From a virus (Duplodnaviria > Caudoviricetes), in the IMG/VR virus record IMGVR_UViG_3300032220_001032, positions 1,163-65,162 of that record: a stretch of DNA of 64,000 nt, one strand, 5' to 3'. Both the position numbers and the translations under genes were made by a program. Each line of letters starts with the position of its first letter. Within the stretch, counting starts at the first letter, position 1. The notes below the pieces were generated by a model that saw only the letters and a program-made list of their open reading frames with translations, was not told the DNA's origin and did no database searches. Positions 48,005-57,086 of the stretch are shown here, piece by piece.

Positions 48005-48020
48005 TGTAAAATTTGATACA
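48005..48020. promoter_or_regulatory. NtcA box
   Basis: TGTA-AAATTTGA-TACA, about 25 nt upstream of the riboswitch. Confidence 0.7.
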
Positions 48021-48023
48021 GTT

Positions 48024-48350
48024 TTAATCTCTTTGTCTCCAATCATCTGGTTTTTCTCTACCATCAGTAAAGAAGTCTACAATTTCATCTACATTATTAA
48101 ATCTACTGACACCAAATCTTTCGTTTCCTGTACCACCAATGTCAAGTTGATTTAAAAAATCGTCCATATCTCCCTCCCTCATATCAGGATTTTCTGCCTT
48201 TCTTCTTGCTTGTCTGAGAATTGTAGCAGCAGTCCTATTTACTTTGGACAACTTCTCTGCCCATATCATATCCTCTAAACTTACTTCTTCATGGTTTGAA
48301 ATTTTTTCACAGATTGATTCTAAGCGAAGACGATATTGAGTAGAGAGCAT
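48024..48350 (-). CDS. Conserved cyanomyovirus hypothetical protein
   Basis: MLSTQYRLRLE...DMIWA.KL...WRQRD. Confidence 0.75.
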   Translation of the reverse strand: MLSTQYRLRLESICEKISNHEEVSLEDMIWAEKLSKVNRTAATILRQARRKAENPDMREGDMDDFLNQLDIGGTGNERFGVSRFNNVDEIVDFFTDGREKPDDWRQRD

Positions 48351-48380
48351 ATGTAGTCTCCATATAGGGTTATTTAGCAT

Positions 48381-48707
48381 TTACCTTTCAATGTAACTCA
48401 AGGTGTGGCTTTGGGCATAGAGTTGTTGGATGATAATATCACATCCAATTTTGGGGTTACAATCCCCACAAGTGTAAACATCCACAGCTGCTTTACCTTC
48501 TTCAGGCCAAGTATGAATACTGATATGACTTTCAGACAGCAAACAGATTACAGTAACTCCTTGAGGTTCGAACTTTTTTGAGATAGTCTGAACCACAGTG
48601 GCACCACTAGCAGATGCTGCATTTTCAAGCAAATCTATAAGACAATTTTCATCATCAAGTAAAACAAAAGAGCAACCATACAAATTCAATAAGTAATGTT
48701 TGCCCAT
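48381..48707 (-). CDS. speD: S-adenosylmethionine decarboxylase proenzyme
   Basis: F.PQGVT...LSESHISIHTWPE...DVYTCG. Confidence 0.9.
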   Translation of the reverse strand: MGKHYLLNLYGCSFVLLDDENCLIDLLENAASASGATVVQTISKKFEPQGVTVICLLSESHISIHTWPEEGKAAVDVYTCGDCNPKIGCDIIIQQLYAQSHTLSYIER

Positions 48708-48958
48708 TATTTTTTCTTTCCTTTTGGATTGGATTGATATGTTTTTGGATTTACTGTTCCATCAGTCCATTTTATTTTTTGAATGGACCCTTTCCCAAAA
48801 GTATCATAGTAATTATCAAAAACTTCAACAAAAGAATTTGCTTGAACTATGTCATACTTTTTAATTTCATTTTGTAAGTAAGTAACTAAGTAAGAATTTC
48901 TGGGAAGTGTTTTGTCTTTAGACAAAGAAGAGTCACAATCTTTATGAATGATCTTCAT
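48707..48958 (-). CDS. Conserved cyanomyovirus hypothetical protein
   Basis: MKIIHKDCD...LP.NSYLV.Y...G.VNPK. Confidence 0.7.
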   Translation of the reverse strand: MKIIHKDCDSSLSKDKTLPRNSYLVTYLQNEIKKYDIVQANSFVEVFDNYYDTFGKGSIQKIKWTDGTVNPKTYQSNPKGKKK

Positions 48959-48976
48959 TTTTTCACCTCCCAAAAA

Positions 48977-49414
48977 TCATGAAGAAAATACTATTTCAGG
49001 AAATGCATCTTGCACTACTGCTTTAGTAATTTTAAATCTTTTGTGAATTTGTTTATCTTTCATTAGACAAACCAATTCTGCTTCAGAAGCATGTAGTCCT
49101 TCTAGAAGCTGGATGAACATGACTTCTTTTCTCATTTTGGTGGTGTTTGTAACACCCTTCACAAAATGATTAAACTTTTGCCATTCATGCAAAAGTTTAG
49201 TGTGCTCTGTATCTACAGGAGCATCATTAGGGGTATATGGAACTTCACCATCAGGAAGATCTGATTGTACTCTATCCTCAAAGTTCCAAATTAAAACTGC
49301 TCTAAGAGCAGGACTATCATAGTGTCTCAGTATTTCTATCTTTTCGTCTCTTGTCTTAGCATTAGAAACTCTTTGAATAACTTCAGACACCAATTGATTT
49401 GGTGGCAATTTCAT
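48977..49414 (-). CDS. Conserved T4-like hypothetical protein
   Basis: LP.GEVPY.PN...FIQLLEGLH..EAE. Confidence 0.75.
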   Translation of the reverse strand: MKLPPNQLVSEVIQRVSNAKTRDEKIEILRHYDSPALRAVLIWNFEDRVQSDLPDGEVPYTPNDAPVDTEHTKLLHEWQKFNHFVKGVTNTTKMRKEVMFIQLLEGLHASEAELVCLMKDKQIHKRFKITKAVVQDAFPEIVFSS

Positions 49415-49431
49415 AAGTAAACTCCATTTAA

Positions 49432-49647
49432 TTAATCTTCAGGTTCTTCATCCTCCATATCACCTTCAAATCTAAAGGCAATAATTTCGTCAGGAATAAC
49501 ATTTCCATCTTCATCATACATTTCAGGATGTAATCTAGCAATTTGTTGAGACCAAGTGTGTTCTCTATAAACCCACCCAACTAATCCTCCAACAACTAAT
49601 GACATGAGGAAAAACATCACAGAAAAAACTAGGGTAACTGCTATCAT
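49432..49647 (-). CDS. Small membrane protein
   Basis: TM helix + HPEMYDEDGNVIPDEI. Confidence 0.75.
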   Translation of the reverse strand: MIAVTLVFSVMFFLMSLVVGGLVGWVYREHTWSQQIARLHPEMYDEDGNVIPDEIIAFRFEGDMEDEEPED

Positions 49648-49658
49648 TGACCTACTCC

Positions 49659-49841
49659 TTATTTTTGAGGGTTCCTTATGTTTAAGGAAAAGTTAAAGGA
49701 GATGGTTACTTCCCTTTTAAAGAAGGAAACCATCTTCTCAAAATGAAATGAAAATGTTTTCTTTTCTGGTTTCCTCCTTCTTAAAATAAGTTCAACTCCC
49801 CTGTTAATTTCAGGGGCATCTGCATTATTTATAGGTGTCAT
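49659..49841 (-). CDS. Hypothetical protein
   Basis: INRGVELILR. Confidence 0.6.
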   Translation of the reverse strand: MTPINNADAPEINRGVELILRRRKPEKKTFSFHFEKMVSFFKREVTISFNFSLNIRNPQK

Positions 49842-50089
49842 CAAAGAAGAGAATTTTCTGAAAGGTATCTTACTGTATCAGAACACCCACCAAGATGCTG
49901 TTCTCCCATGATTACTTGAGGGAAAGTTGATCCCTCACCAAACTCAGCATAAAACTCTTCTCTACTAAAATCTGTACCCAATTCATAACAGGTAACTGGA
50001 TATCCTTTTTTGACGCTTAGATCAGAAAGGACTACTTTAATTTTGTCACAATAAGGACAACCTTTTTTACTGTAAACTGTAAAAGTCAT
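49841..50089 (-). CDS. nrdC: Glutaredoxin
   Basis: CPYC, TFPQV, GGC.D. Confidence 0.92.
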   Translation of the reverse strand: MTFTVYSKKGCPYCDKIKVVLSDLSVKKGYPVTCYELGTDFSREEFYAEFGEGSTFPQVIMGEQHLGGCSDTVRYLSENSLL

Positions 50090-50093
50090 ATGT

Positions 50094-51350
50094 TTAAATT
50101 CTAACTGGATGTGGTCTACGTTTATCTGATTTTATAGCACATAACCAAGCAGTTGTCACTGCTATGTTATCTTCCCACCAATTAGTTTCCATTCTAAATT
50201 CCTGGAATCTAATTGAAGTGTTCCTAATAAATTGTGCTTTATCTGCTCTAGTATAATACCAAAAACTATTTTGATTCCAAAAACTTACATGGGTTGGATC
50301 TTGCCAAGCACCCCTACCATCAGTAGAAGGAACTTCAATAAATGCCCAACCACCATCACAAAGAACTCTATAGATCTCACTCATGGATTTGATAGGATCC
50401 TTTAGATGTTCAAGAACATGACTAGCATTGATAACTCCCACACTATTGTCTGGAAGGGGAATGCCATCATTAAGATCACAAATAATATCAGCATTACATT
50501 GATCAATTGTTACATATCCTGGTCTTGGATACAATCCACCACCAATATCAACCTTCATCAAACCTTTAAGATCTGCATCTCTTTCAGCAAGTGCTTGTCC
50601 ATACTGATGGAACAACTCAAATGTTTTAATTTGAATGTCATCAATTCTTTGAGTCTGAGTATTGTTGTTATCAGGAAGCCATCTATAGTAATAAAGAATT
50701 TTATCTATAAAATGAAACTTAGTATTTAAATAAGATCTAATGACCAAATCATGATCATCACATATATTTAAATCTGGATTATGACCTCCAAGTTGATGAT
50801 AGAAACTTGTTCTCCAAGCTCTAACATGATCTGGGGCATACCAAATAATACCAATACTATGACTGGTAGCAGGAAACATATCAATCTTCATGAACTGTTC
50901 CCCCCTAAACTCCACCCATTTATGAGTCCATCCATTTGCAGGATTCCAGGGAATTTTGTAATCATCTCCCCTCATATCATAGAGAAGATCTTCACTGTAA
51001 GCAAACCCAACTTCAGGATCTTGAAATGCTTTATTAAGTTCTTCAAGACAATCTAAAGACAGAAGATCATCATGATCTACCTCAACAAGAACATCACCTT
51101 TTCCTAAAAAGAAAGCTTTGTTTTTAATAAATCCTACATTTGGATTTGTAATTCCAGTATGTATTCTAACTCTAGAATCATCTTTGATTTCCTGAGGGAT
51201 GTGATGGATTCTACAATCGCCATTCAAATACAGAACCCATTCCCAATTTTGATATGTTTGATCTCTAATGGTTTCATAGAGTTCATAAAGGTATGGCATG
51301 TTTTTAGAGCTATGCTCTGGAGTAATGATACTAAATTTGTGATCAATCAT
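50094..51350 (-). CDS. GT-A (GT2) glycosyltransferase fused to a class I SAM methyltransferase
   Basis: EVDHDD, CDDHDL; C-terminal DIGGG...SHVLEH...GG. Confidence 0.85.
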   Translation of the reverse strand: MIDHKFSIITPEHSSKNMPYLYELYETIRDQTYQNWEWVLYLNGDCRIHHIPQEIKDDSRVRIHTGITNPNVGFIKNKAFFLGKGDVLVEVDHDDLLSLDCLEELNKAFQDPEVGFAYSEDLLYDMRGDDYKIPWNPANGWTHKWVEFRGEQFMKIDMFPATSHSIGIIWYAPDHVRAWRTSFYHQLGGHNPDLNICDDHDLVIRSYLNTKFHFIDKILYYYRWLPDNNNTQTQRIDDIQIKTFELFHQYGQALAERDADLKGLMKVDIGGGLYPRPGYVTIDQCNADIICDLNDGIPLPDNSVGVINASHVLEHLKDPIKSMSEIYRVLCDGGWAFIEVPSTDGRGAWQDPTHVSFWNQNSFWYYTRADKAQFIRNTSIRFQEFRMETNWWEDNIAVTTAWLCAIKSDKRRPHPVRI

Positions 51351-51351
51351 A

Positions 51352-51933
51352 TCAATCAAAAAAGAAAATGTGAAATAGTCTTGAGTCTTCTATAGTTGTT
51401 CCAAAATATTCTGTGGCAGCATGAATTGATTTGGCATCAAACAATACTAATCTATTAAAAATATTTCCAACAGTATCAACTAATCTAAATTTAGTTTTAT
51501 CATAAAATCCTCCAGAAAATGCTTGTTCTGAATTTGGATCTGACTCATGCCTTACTCCACTTTCATGAGCATAAAAGGATGTGCCACATTGATATGGAGC
51601 GTCAGGTGTTAAGTATACCATGCCAGCCCAAGTTTGTCCATCCCAGTGGTACACTAAAGAATCTTGTGGAGTACAATATTGAAATCTACCACACATTCCA
51701 TGGCTTTCCCACTCAGTTATTTTTCTACCCATAATATCTTCTATTGATCTTTTTGTTCCAGGAACAAAATGTTGATCAATAGTTCTTCTACCTTTATACC
51801 ATTCAGATTGGTCTTCATATTGTTGCTGTAAAGCATACTGTCTTACTGCATAAGGATCCGAATAAAAATTATCAACAATCCATATTTTTTTATTATAAAG
51901 TTGATTTATTGTACTAGTTGGTACGAATTTCAT
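51352..51933 (-). CDS. 2OG-Fe(II) oxygenase (DUF6445-like)
   Basis: YHWD...AGMVYL...IHAA...SRLFHIFFFD. Confidence 0.8.
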   Translation of the reverse strand: MKFVPTSTINQLYNKKIWIVDNFYSDPYAVRQYALQQQYEDQSEWYKGRRTIDQHFVPGTKRSIEDIMGRKITEWESHGMCGRFQYCTPQDSLVYHWDGQTWAGMVYLTPDAPYQCGTSFYAHESGVRHESDPNSEQAFSGGFYDKTKFRLVDTVGNIFNRLVLFDAKSIHAATEYFGTTIEDSRLFHIFFFD

Positions 51934-53068
51934 TGTTATATTTTTGTAGTTGTTGCTCTGCTATTCCCCTTAAAGTCTCTAAGTACTCACCACTATCATA
52001 GTAACAATTATTATCAATTAAAAACATAAACTCTGGAAATGGATTTTTTCTTTCTTCACTCATAAGATAATTAATCATTCCTATTGCTGTGGTAGCATCT
52101 CCTTGCTCTAAGCAAATTTCAATTAATCTGACTATATGTTCATTCCTTTTTGGACAAAACTTTCCAGATCTATTAAAGAATTCAATAGAGTCTTCTAAGT
52201 TTCCCAACTCTTTAAATAAAATTCCACAGCAATACATAGCAAAGTATGAAAGTTCATCTAATTTTACTGGAGTTGAAGTTTGTTTATATCCATCATGATG
52301 ATGACAAACATATTCATAAAAATAATAAATTGCTCTTCTAGCAAATTCATCTTGCTGGGAATTTCCTAAAGGAAACTCTTTACAATAATGAGCATCAAAA
52401 TAACTTTTTCCAATGTACCAAAAATGATAATTATCCTTTAAGATAGAATTTTCTCTTATCATCTGCTCTTCTAATTTTAGAGCATCACTTACATACTTAG
52501 TTGGAGACTGATAACTTTCTCCATCCCTTGTCCCAATATGTCTAAAAGATAAAGGCAAATTTACTCTTTGAAAATCCTCTCCAATTCCATCCATTTCAAG
52601 AGAAATTGTTTCATGAATTATATCATGATTGAACTTCCAGGGCAATTTTGCATTCCAAATCCAAGCACGATAATAAGTAAGTCCAGGAGAAATAGAGGGG
52701 ACATGAAAACTTTGAATAGAAGTATCATTAAATATTGACCAATCAAAATTTTCATCCACCTCCATATATTCATCACAATCCATCTTCATAATCCAATCAC
52801 ATCCATGATTTATGCTCAAACATTTTTGAAGAAGATGATCTCTATTCCATCCAAAACTAACCCAACCTTCTTTAACTTCATAAATGAATCCAGGAACTTT
52901 ATGTTCATTAAAAAATTCTCTTACTATTTCTGGTGTTCCATCAGTTGATCCATTGTCCTGAAACACCCAATAATCAATATACCTATAGCAAGATTCCAAC
53001 ATCCTTCGAATGTTTTTTGCTTCATTCTTGAACATTGTGATCATTACAATTTTAGTAGTTTTATTCAT
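51914..53068 (-). CDS. GT2 glycosyltransferase with C-terminal TPR-like helices
   Basis: KNEA..I, DNGSTDGT, MDCDE, IHE; helical C-terminal half. Confidence 0.85.
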   Translation of the reverse strand: MNKTTKIVMITMFKNEAKNIRRMLESCYRYIDYWVFQDNGSTDGTPEIVREFFNEHKVPGFIYEVKEGWVSFGWNRDHLLQKCLSINHGCDWIMKMDCDEYMEVDENFDWSIFNDTSIQSFHVPSISPGLTYYRAWIWNAKLPWKFNHDIIHETISLEMDGIGEDFQRVNLPLSFRHIGTRDGESYQSPTKYVSDALKLEEQMIRENSILKDNYHFWYIGKSYFDAHYCKEFPLGNSQQDEFARRAIYYFYEYVCHHHDGYKQTSTPVKLDELSYFAMYCCGILFKELGNLEDSIEFFNRSGKFCPKRNEHIVRLIEICLEQGDATTAIGMINYLMSEERKNPFPEFMFLIDNNCYYDSGEYLETLRGIAEQQLQKYNNEIRTN

Positions 53069-53766
53069 AAAGATCTTTTTTTAATTAGTTCTAAAATTTC
53101 TGGATTATATTTTTGATCATTGTAAGGAGAATATAAAGCTCTAGTTCTTGTTTCAATATTTTTTGGGGGATCTGTTAGATAATAAAATGCTATACTCTTC
53201 CTATAAACACCTTCTGGACAAGTTAATGGTTCTGGAAATCCATGCCATGAGTTTTGAGTTGTATCAAATATCACAGCCCTATTAAAAGCATTTTCAATAG
53301 CAACTCTTTTATCCTTTGCCCTATTAACTCTTGTGTCATGAGTCCAAAGTTCTAATGCACCTCCCCATTCTGGATTCCAATCCTCAGACAAATATAAAAT
53401 TAAATTTAATTTTCTTTGTAGTTTTAATTTTGGATGAATTGAATAATCCAAATGAACATTTAATTTACCACCAGTTCCATGAATATGCCACCCAGCTCCA
53501 TGAAGACCTATATCTGGATAAAGTTTTTCAATGCCAGTAAGACTCTTTAATTTACCTACAAAATCAGCAGAAGCCAAGTACATAAAAAATTCATAAGTTT
53601 TTGAAGGGAATTCCCACCAATCATTACAAGTTTTTTTATTTTCTAGTGGATTATTATAACAATACCACTTTGGATAATTGTAGTCCATAAATTCACTAGA
53701 CAATTGCCTAGCAACATCTATAGGAGCAAAGTTATCAATAACCCAATAATCAAAAGGTTCTTTCAT
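53065..53766 (-). CDS. 2OG-Fe(II) oxygenase (prolyl-hydroxylase-like)
   Basis: LNVHLD...LNLILYL...WGG.LELW...SWHG...RKSIA.YY. Confidence 0.85.
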   Translation of the reverse strand: MKEPFDYWVIDNFAPIDVARQLSSEFMDYNYPKWYCYNNPLENKKTCNDWWEFPSKTYEFFMYLASADFVGKLKSLTGIEKLYPDIGLHGAGWHIHGTGGKLNVHLDYSIHPKLKLQRKLNLILYLSEDWNPEWGGALELWTHDTRVNRAKDKRVAIENAFNRAVIFDTTQNSWHGFPEPLTCPEGVYRKSIAFYYLTDPPKNIETRTRALYSPYNDQKYNPEILELIKKRSL

Positions 53767-54332
53767 TAGTATCTTGTATTAAAGAAAAATGTTTGAAAAA
53801 GTCTTCCAGTATTCATATCAGATCCAAAATAATCAACAGAGGCATGATAAAGATTACCAGGATATAAAATAAGTCTATTATAAACATTACCTATTCTATC
53901 AACAACTTCCCATTTTGTATAATCATACGCATCTTCTCCATGATCAGCAGGTCCAGAAGATTTTCTTTCTCCAGATGCTTTATGTCTATACAATGCAGTT
54001 CCCCCACTTAAAGGAGGATCTGGAGTCAAATAACAAACTCCAGCCCACATATTATTGTAATCAGAATGAATCCATGTCCTATCAATAGATGTACATAATT
54101 GAAATGCTCCTGTATAACTATTACCCTCAGCATCAACTAACCAATCAGTTACTCCCCCTGCAGCATGAGAGACTAAAGCATTAATAACTTCCTTAAGACT
54201 ATCACTGAGAAATGATTTAGTTCTAAGACCAGGATAATTTCCTCTTACCGAAAACTCTTGAGATAAGGCAAATGCTCTTACATCATCTGGATTATCATAA
54301 AAATCATCAGCAATAATAAGATTAACTCTCAT
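53766..54332 (-). CDS. 2OG-Fe(II) oxygenase (DUF6445-like)
   Basis: WIHSD...AGVCYL...YHAS...GRLFQTFFF; start MRVNLII. Confidence 0.8.
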   Translation of the reverse strand: MRVNLIIADDFYDNPDDVRAFALSQEFSVRGNYPGLRTKSFLSDSLKEVINALVSHAAGGVTDWLVDAEGNSYTGAFQLCTSIDRTWIHSDYNNMWAGVCYLTPDPPLSGGTALYRHKASGERKSSGPADHGEDAYDYTKWEVVDRIGNVYNRLILYPGNLYHASVDYFGSDMNTGRLFQTFFFNTRY

Positions 54333-55080
54333 TCCAATAAGCTCCAGTTCTAGAACAATACTTAATATTTGGATCAATCATATGAAATCTATCCCATCCA
54401 GGTTCATTTTCTGCAACTCTTTTGCCATGAAAATATTCCCCAATATGATTGACCATCATACCACCCTCTGAGGTTTTTAATAGTCCAGCTCCAATACCAT
54501 ATTTTCCTGCTAAGTATTGAGCAATTACAGACTCTGATGGGTTATATCCAGTTTCCTCTAATATTGGTTCCTTTGCAATCCATGCTGGATATAAAGACAT
54601 TAGCATCCAGAAATATGGAGTTGCTTTTTCATACCTATAATTTTTAAAAATTACATCATCTTCCTTTGCCCCAATATCTTCAACCTCATGAGTATACCAA
54701 TTGTTTCTTTTCAATTGAATTTGAGATAATGTATTGTCTTGCTGAAGAAGTTCAATTAAATCCAATACTTTTAATGGGTACATTACTTCAACATCATCTT
54801 CGTGATGGAAGATATAATCATAATCTCTTTCTTTAACTAAATCAAAAAGTTCTTGCCAAGTTTTTGTAATGCCTTTATTTTCTTCATGAAAAATAATTTC
54901 ATTATATCCATTAGAAATAACAAACTCTGCTAGTGAGTCATTATCTCTTCCTGTTGGATAGTCATCAATAAACAAATGATGAACATCCAATCCACTGAAG
55001 TCTAACTTTTTATTTGCCTCAAATGTTTTCTTAAGGAACTCTACTCTGTTGGTAGAGAAAACTACATGAAGTAACTTCAT
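54322..55080 (-). CDS. GT-A glycosyltransferase
   Basis: IDD, YIFHHEDD, HIG. Confidence 0.75.
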   Translation of the reverse strand: MKLLHVVFSTNRVEFLKKTFEANKKLDFSGLDVHHLFIDDYPTGRDNDSLAEFVISNGYNEIIFHEENKGITKTWQELFDLVKERDYDYIFHHEDDVEVMYPLKVLDLIELLQQDNTLSQIQLKRNNWYTHEVEDIGAKEDDVIFKNYRYEKATPYFWMLMSLYPAWIAKEPILEETGYNPSESVIAQYLAGKYGIGAGLLKTSEGGMMVNHIGEYFHGKRVAENEPGWDRFHMIDPNIKYCSRTGAYWNES

Positions 55081-55253
55081 TATGATTCCATACTATCTGT
55101 ATTATGTATCTTGATATGATTATGCTTCTTTGCACAGACACCTCGTGCATATGCTCTAGTAAGACTGTTTACATTTGAACAAGGTTTTCCCCCTTCACCA
55201 CAGAAAGGACACTGTGAATCTGGAGGATCATCTGGATACTTAAACTTACTCAT
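55080..55253 (-). CDS. Small Cys/His-rich protein (57 aa)
   Basis: Manual ORF MSKFKYPDDPPDSQCPFCGEGGKPC...CAKKH; coupled on both sides. Confidence 0.6.
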   Translation of the reverse strand: MSKFKYPDDPPDSQCPFCGEGGKPCSNVNSLTRAYARGVCAKKHNHIKIHNTDSMES

Positions 55254-55501
55254 ACTAACACAGGTTCTCCTTGACCTTGTGGGATGTATAAGTCTTGTGC
55301 AGGAGGAAGTCCTTGTTGTCCTGGGAGTTGTTTATCTGTAGTAGACTTAACATCAATAACTTGATCCATAATAAATCTATGCCTACTATAGGATCTACTT
55401 GTAGATTCAAAAGATACCATCATTATAGCATCATTAATATCTGCACAGTGGCAAATAACTTTACCAGTCCTATTGTCTGTCACTATCCAATACTCGTTCA
55501 T
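55250..55501 (-). CDS. Hypothetical protein
   Basis: ORF track; promoter TTTACA-N17-TATACT upstream. Confidence 0.7.
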   Translation of the reverse strand: MNEYWIVTDNRTGKVICHCADINDAIMMVSFESTSRSYSRHRFIMDQVIDVKSTTDKQLPGQQGLPPAQDLYIPQGQGEPVLV

Positions 55502-55610
55502 TATCATAATCCTTTTTGTCAGTATAATCTTTTTTTGGATTCCTGTAAAGTCCAGGCCAGGTATCTCTTATAATTTCTGCTAGTTTATATGGAGTTTCTG
55601 AAGTAATCAT
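55470..55610 (-). CDS. Small hypothetical protein after psbA
   Basis: Manual ORF MITSETPYKLAEIIRDTWPGLY... Confidence 0.6.
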   Translation of the reverse strand: MITSETPYKLAEIIRDTWPGLYRNPKKDYTDKKDYDNERVLDSDRQ

Positions 55611-55617
55611 ATCGACT

Positions 55618-55640
55618 AAAAAGGGGGTGTTTCCACCCCC
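55618..55640 (-). terminator. psbA terminator
   Basis: GGGGGTG-GAAA-CACCCCC-TTTTT. Confidence 0.85.
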
Positions 55641-55665
55641 AAATTGAGTAGGTTTATATTATCTA

Positions 55666-56748
55666 TCAACCAATTGCAGGTGCAGTGAGAGCAACAGGAG
55701 TTGCTTCAATAGCAGCAAGGTCTAGTGGGAAGTTGTGTGCATTTCTTTCATGCATAACTTCAAAACCAAGGTTAGCACGATTGAGGATATCTGCCCAAGT
55801 AGGAATAACACGATTCTGACTATCAATCAATGATTGATTAAAGTTAAAACCATTGAGGTTGAATGCCATGGTGCTAACACCAAGAGCAGCGAACCAGATA
55901 CCTACAACAGGCCAAGCAGCGAGGAAGAAGTGAAGCGAACGGGAATTGTTGAAGGAGGCATACTGGAAGATAAGACGACCAAAGTATCCATGAGCAGCAA
56001 CAATATTATAAGTCTCTTCTTCTTGACCAAACTTGTAACCATAGTTTTGTGATTCATTTTCAGTAGTCTCACGAACTAGAGAAGAGGTGACAAGAGATCC
56101 ATGCATAGCAGAGAAAAGAGAACCACCGAAGACACCAGCAACTCCCAGCATGTGGAAAGGATGCATAAGAATGTTGTGTTCTGCCTGGAAAACAAGCATG
56201 TAGTTGAAAGTTCCTGAAATCCCCAAAGGCATCGCATCAGAGAAGGATCCCTGACCGAAGGGATAGACCAGAAAAACTGCGCTAGCAGCAGCAACGGGTG
56301 CTGAGTAGGCAACACAAATCCAAGGACGCATACCAAGTCTGTAAGAAAGTTCCCATTCACGACCCATGTATGCATAGATTCCAATCAGAAAGTGGAATAC
56401 AACCAGTTGAAATGGTCCACCATTATATAGCCACTCATCAAGAGAAGCAGCTTCCCAGATGGGATAAAAGTGCAAGCCAATGGCGTTGCTTGAAGGAACT
56501 ACAGCACCTGAAATGATGTTGTTTCCCCACATAAGTGAACCAGAAACAGGTTCACGAATGCCATCGATGTCCACAGGAGGAGCACCAATGAATGCAATGA
56601 TGAAACAAGTTGTTGCAGCTAGCAAACAAGGAATCATCAGTACACCAAACCAACCAACATAAAGGCGGTTGTCCGTTGAAGTAACCCACTGGCAAAACTG
56701 TTCCCAGGGATTAATAGTAGATTGTCTTTGAGCAATTGTAGCAGTCAT
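55666..56748 (-). CDS. psbA: Photosystem II D1 protein (Glu130 type, no intron)
   Basis: Complete 360-aa D1 sequence. Confidence 0.99.
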   Translation of the reverse strand: MTATIAQRQSTINPWEQFCQWVTSTDNRLYVGWFGVLMIPCLLAATTCFIIAFIGAPPVDIDGIREPVSGSLMWGNNIISGAVVPSSNAIGLHFYPIWEAASLDEWLYNGGPFQLVVFHFLIGIYAYMGREWELSYRLGMRPWICVAYSAPVAAASAVFLVYPFGQGSFSDAMPLGISGTFNYMLVFQAEHNILMHPFHMLGVAGVFGGSLFSAMHGSLVTSSLVRETTENESQNYGYKFGQEEETYNIVAAHGYFGRLIFQYASFNNSRSLHFFLAAWPVVGIWFAALGVSTMAFNLNGFNFNQSLIDSQNRVIPTWADILNRANLGFEVMHERNAHNFPLDLAAIEATPVALTAPAIG

Positions 56749-56801
56749 TTTACTTTAAAAAGAAATAAGTACGAGTATAGGGATTACTCCTTTACTGATT
56801 T

Positions 56802-56868
56802 CCTTCACTACCCTCAAGTGAAGGTAAGATGAGGGATGCTTTACTTCTCTTGATCCCGGTTTGAGAAG
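56802..56868 (-). ncRNA. PhotoRC-II-like leader RNA
   Basis: Hairpins CUUCUC/GAGAAG and CCUUCACU/AGUGAAGG; loop UGAGGG can pair with linker CCCUCA; lies in the psbA 5' UTR. Confidence 0.7.
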
Positions 56869-56910
56869 AACAAATATTAAGGATCTGTTACATTCCTTAA
56901 CTTGTTGTTA

Positions 56911-56944
56911 TATTTATCATACCACATGTAACAATGCATGTCAA
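56911..56944 (-). promoter_or_regulatory. psbA dual promoter (TTGACA-N17-TATGAT overlapping late ATAAATA)
   Basis: Direct motif match. Confidence 0.8.
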
Positions 56945-56978
56945 GCATCTAAATATAGGAGTAGAATAAGTACTTCTA

Positions 56979-57080
56979 ATGGGAAAGCCCAAGAATAAAA
57001 AGGGAAAGTCTGCTAATGCTAAGCAGAACTCTGGAAATGCTACTGCAAAAAAAGCAAAGAATGGTGGAAAGAAAAAATGA
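56979..57080 (+). CDS. 33-aa Lys-rich peptide
   Basis: MGKPKNKKGKSANAKQNSGNATAKKAKNGGKKK; CTAAATA upstream. Confidence 0.6.
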   Translation: MGKPKNKKGKSANAKQNSGNATAKKAKNGGKKK

Positions 57081-57086
57081 GGTATT

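Noticed and set aside
55666-56748. Group I intron, homing endonuclease or adjacent psbD
   Set aside because: ORF is continuous at 360 aa and its neighbours are unrelated
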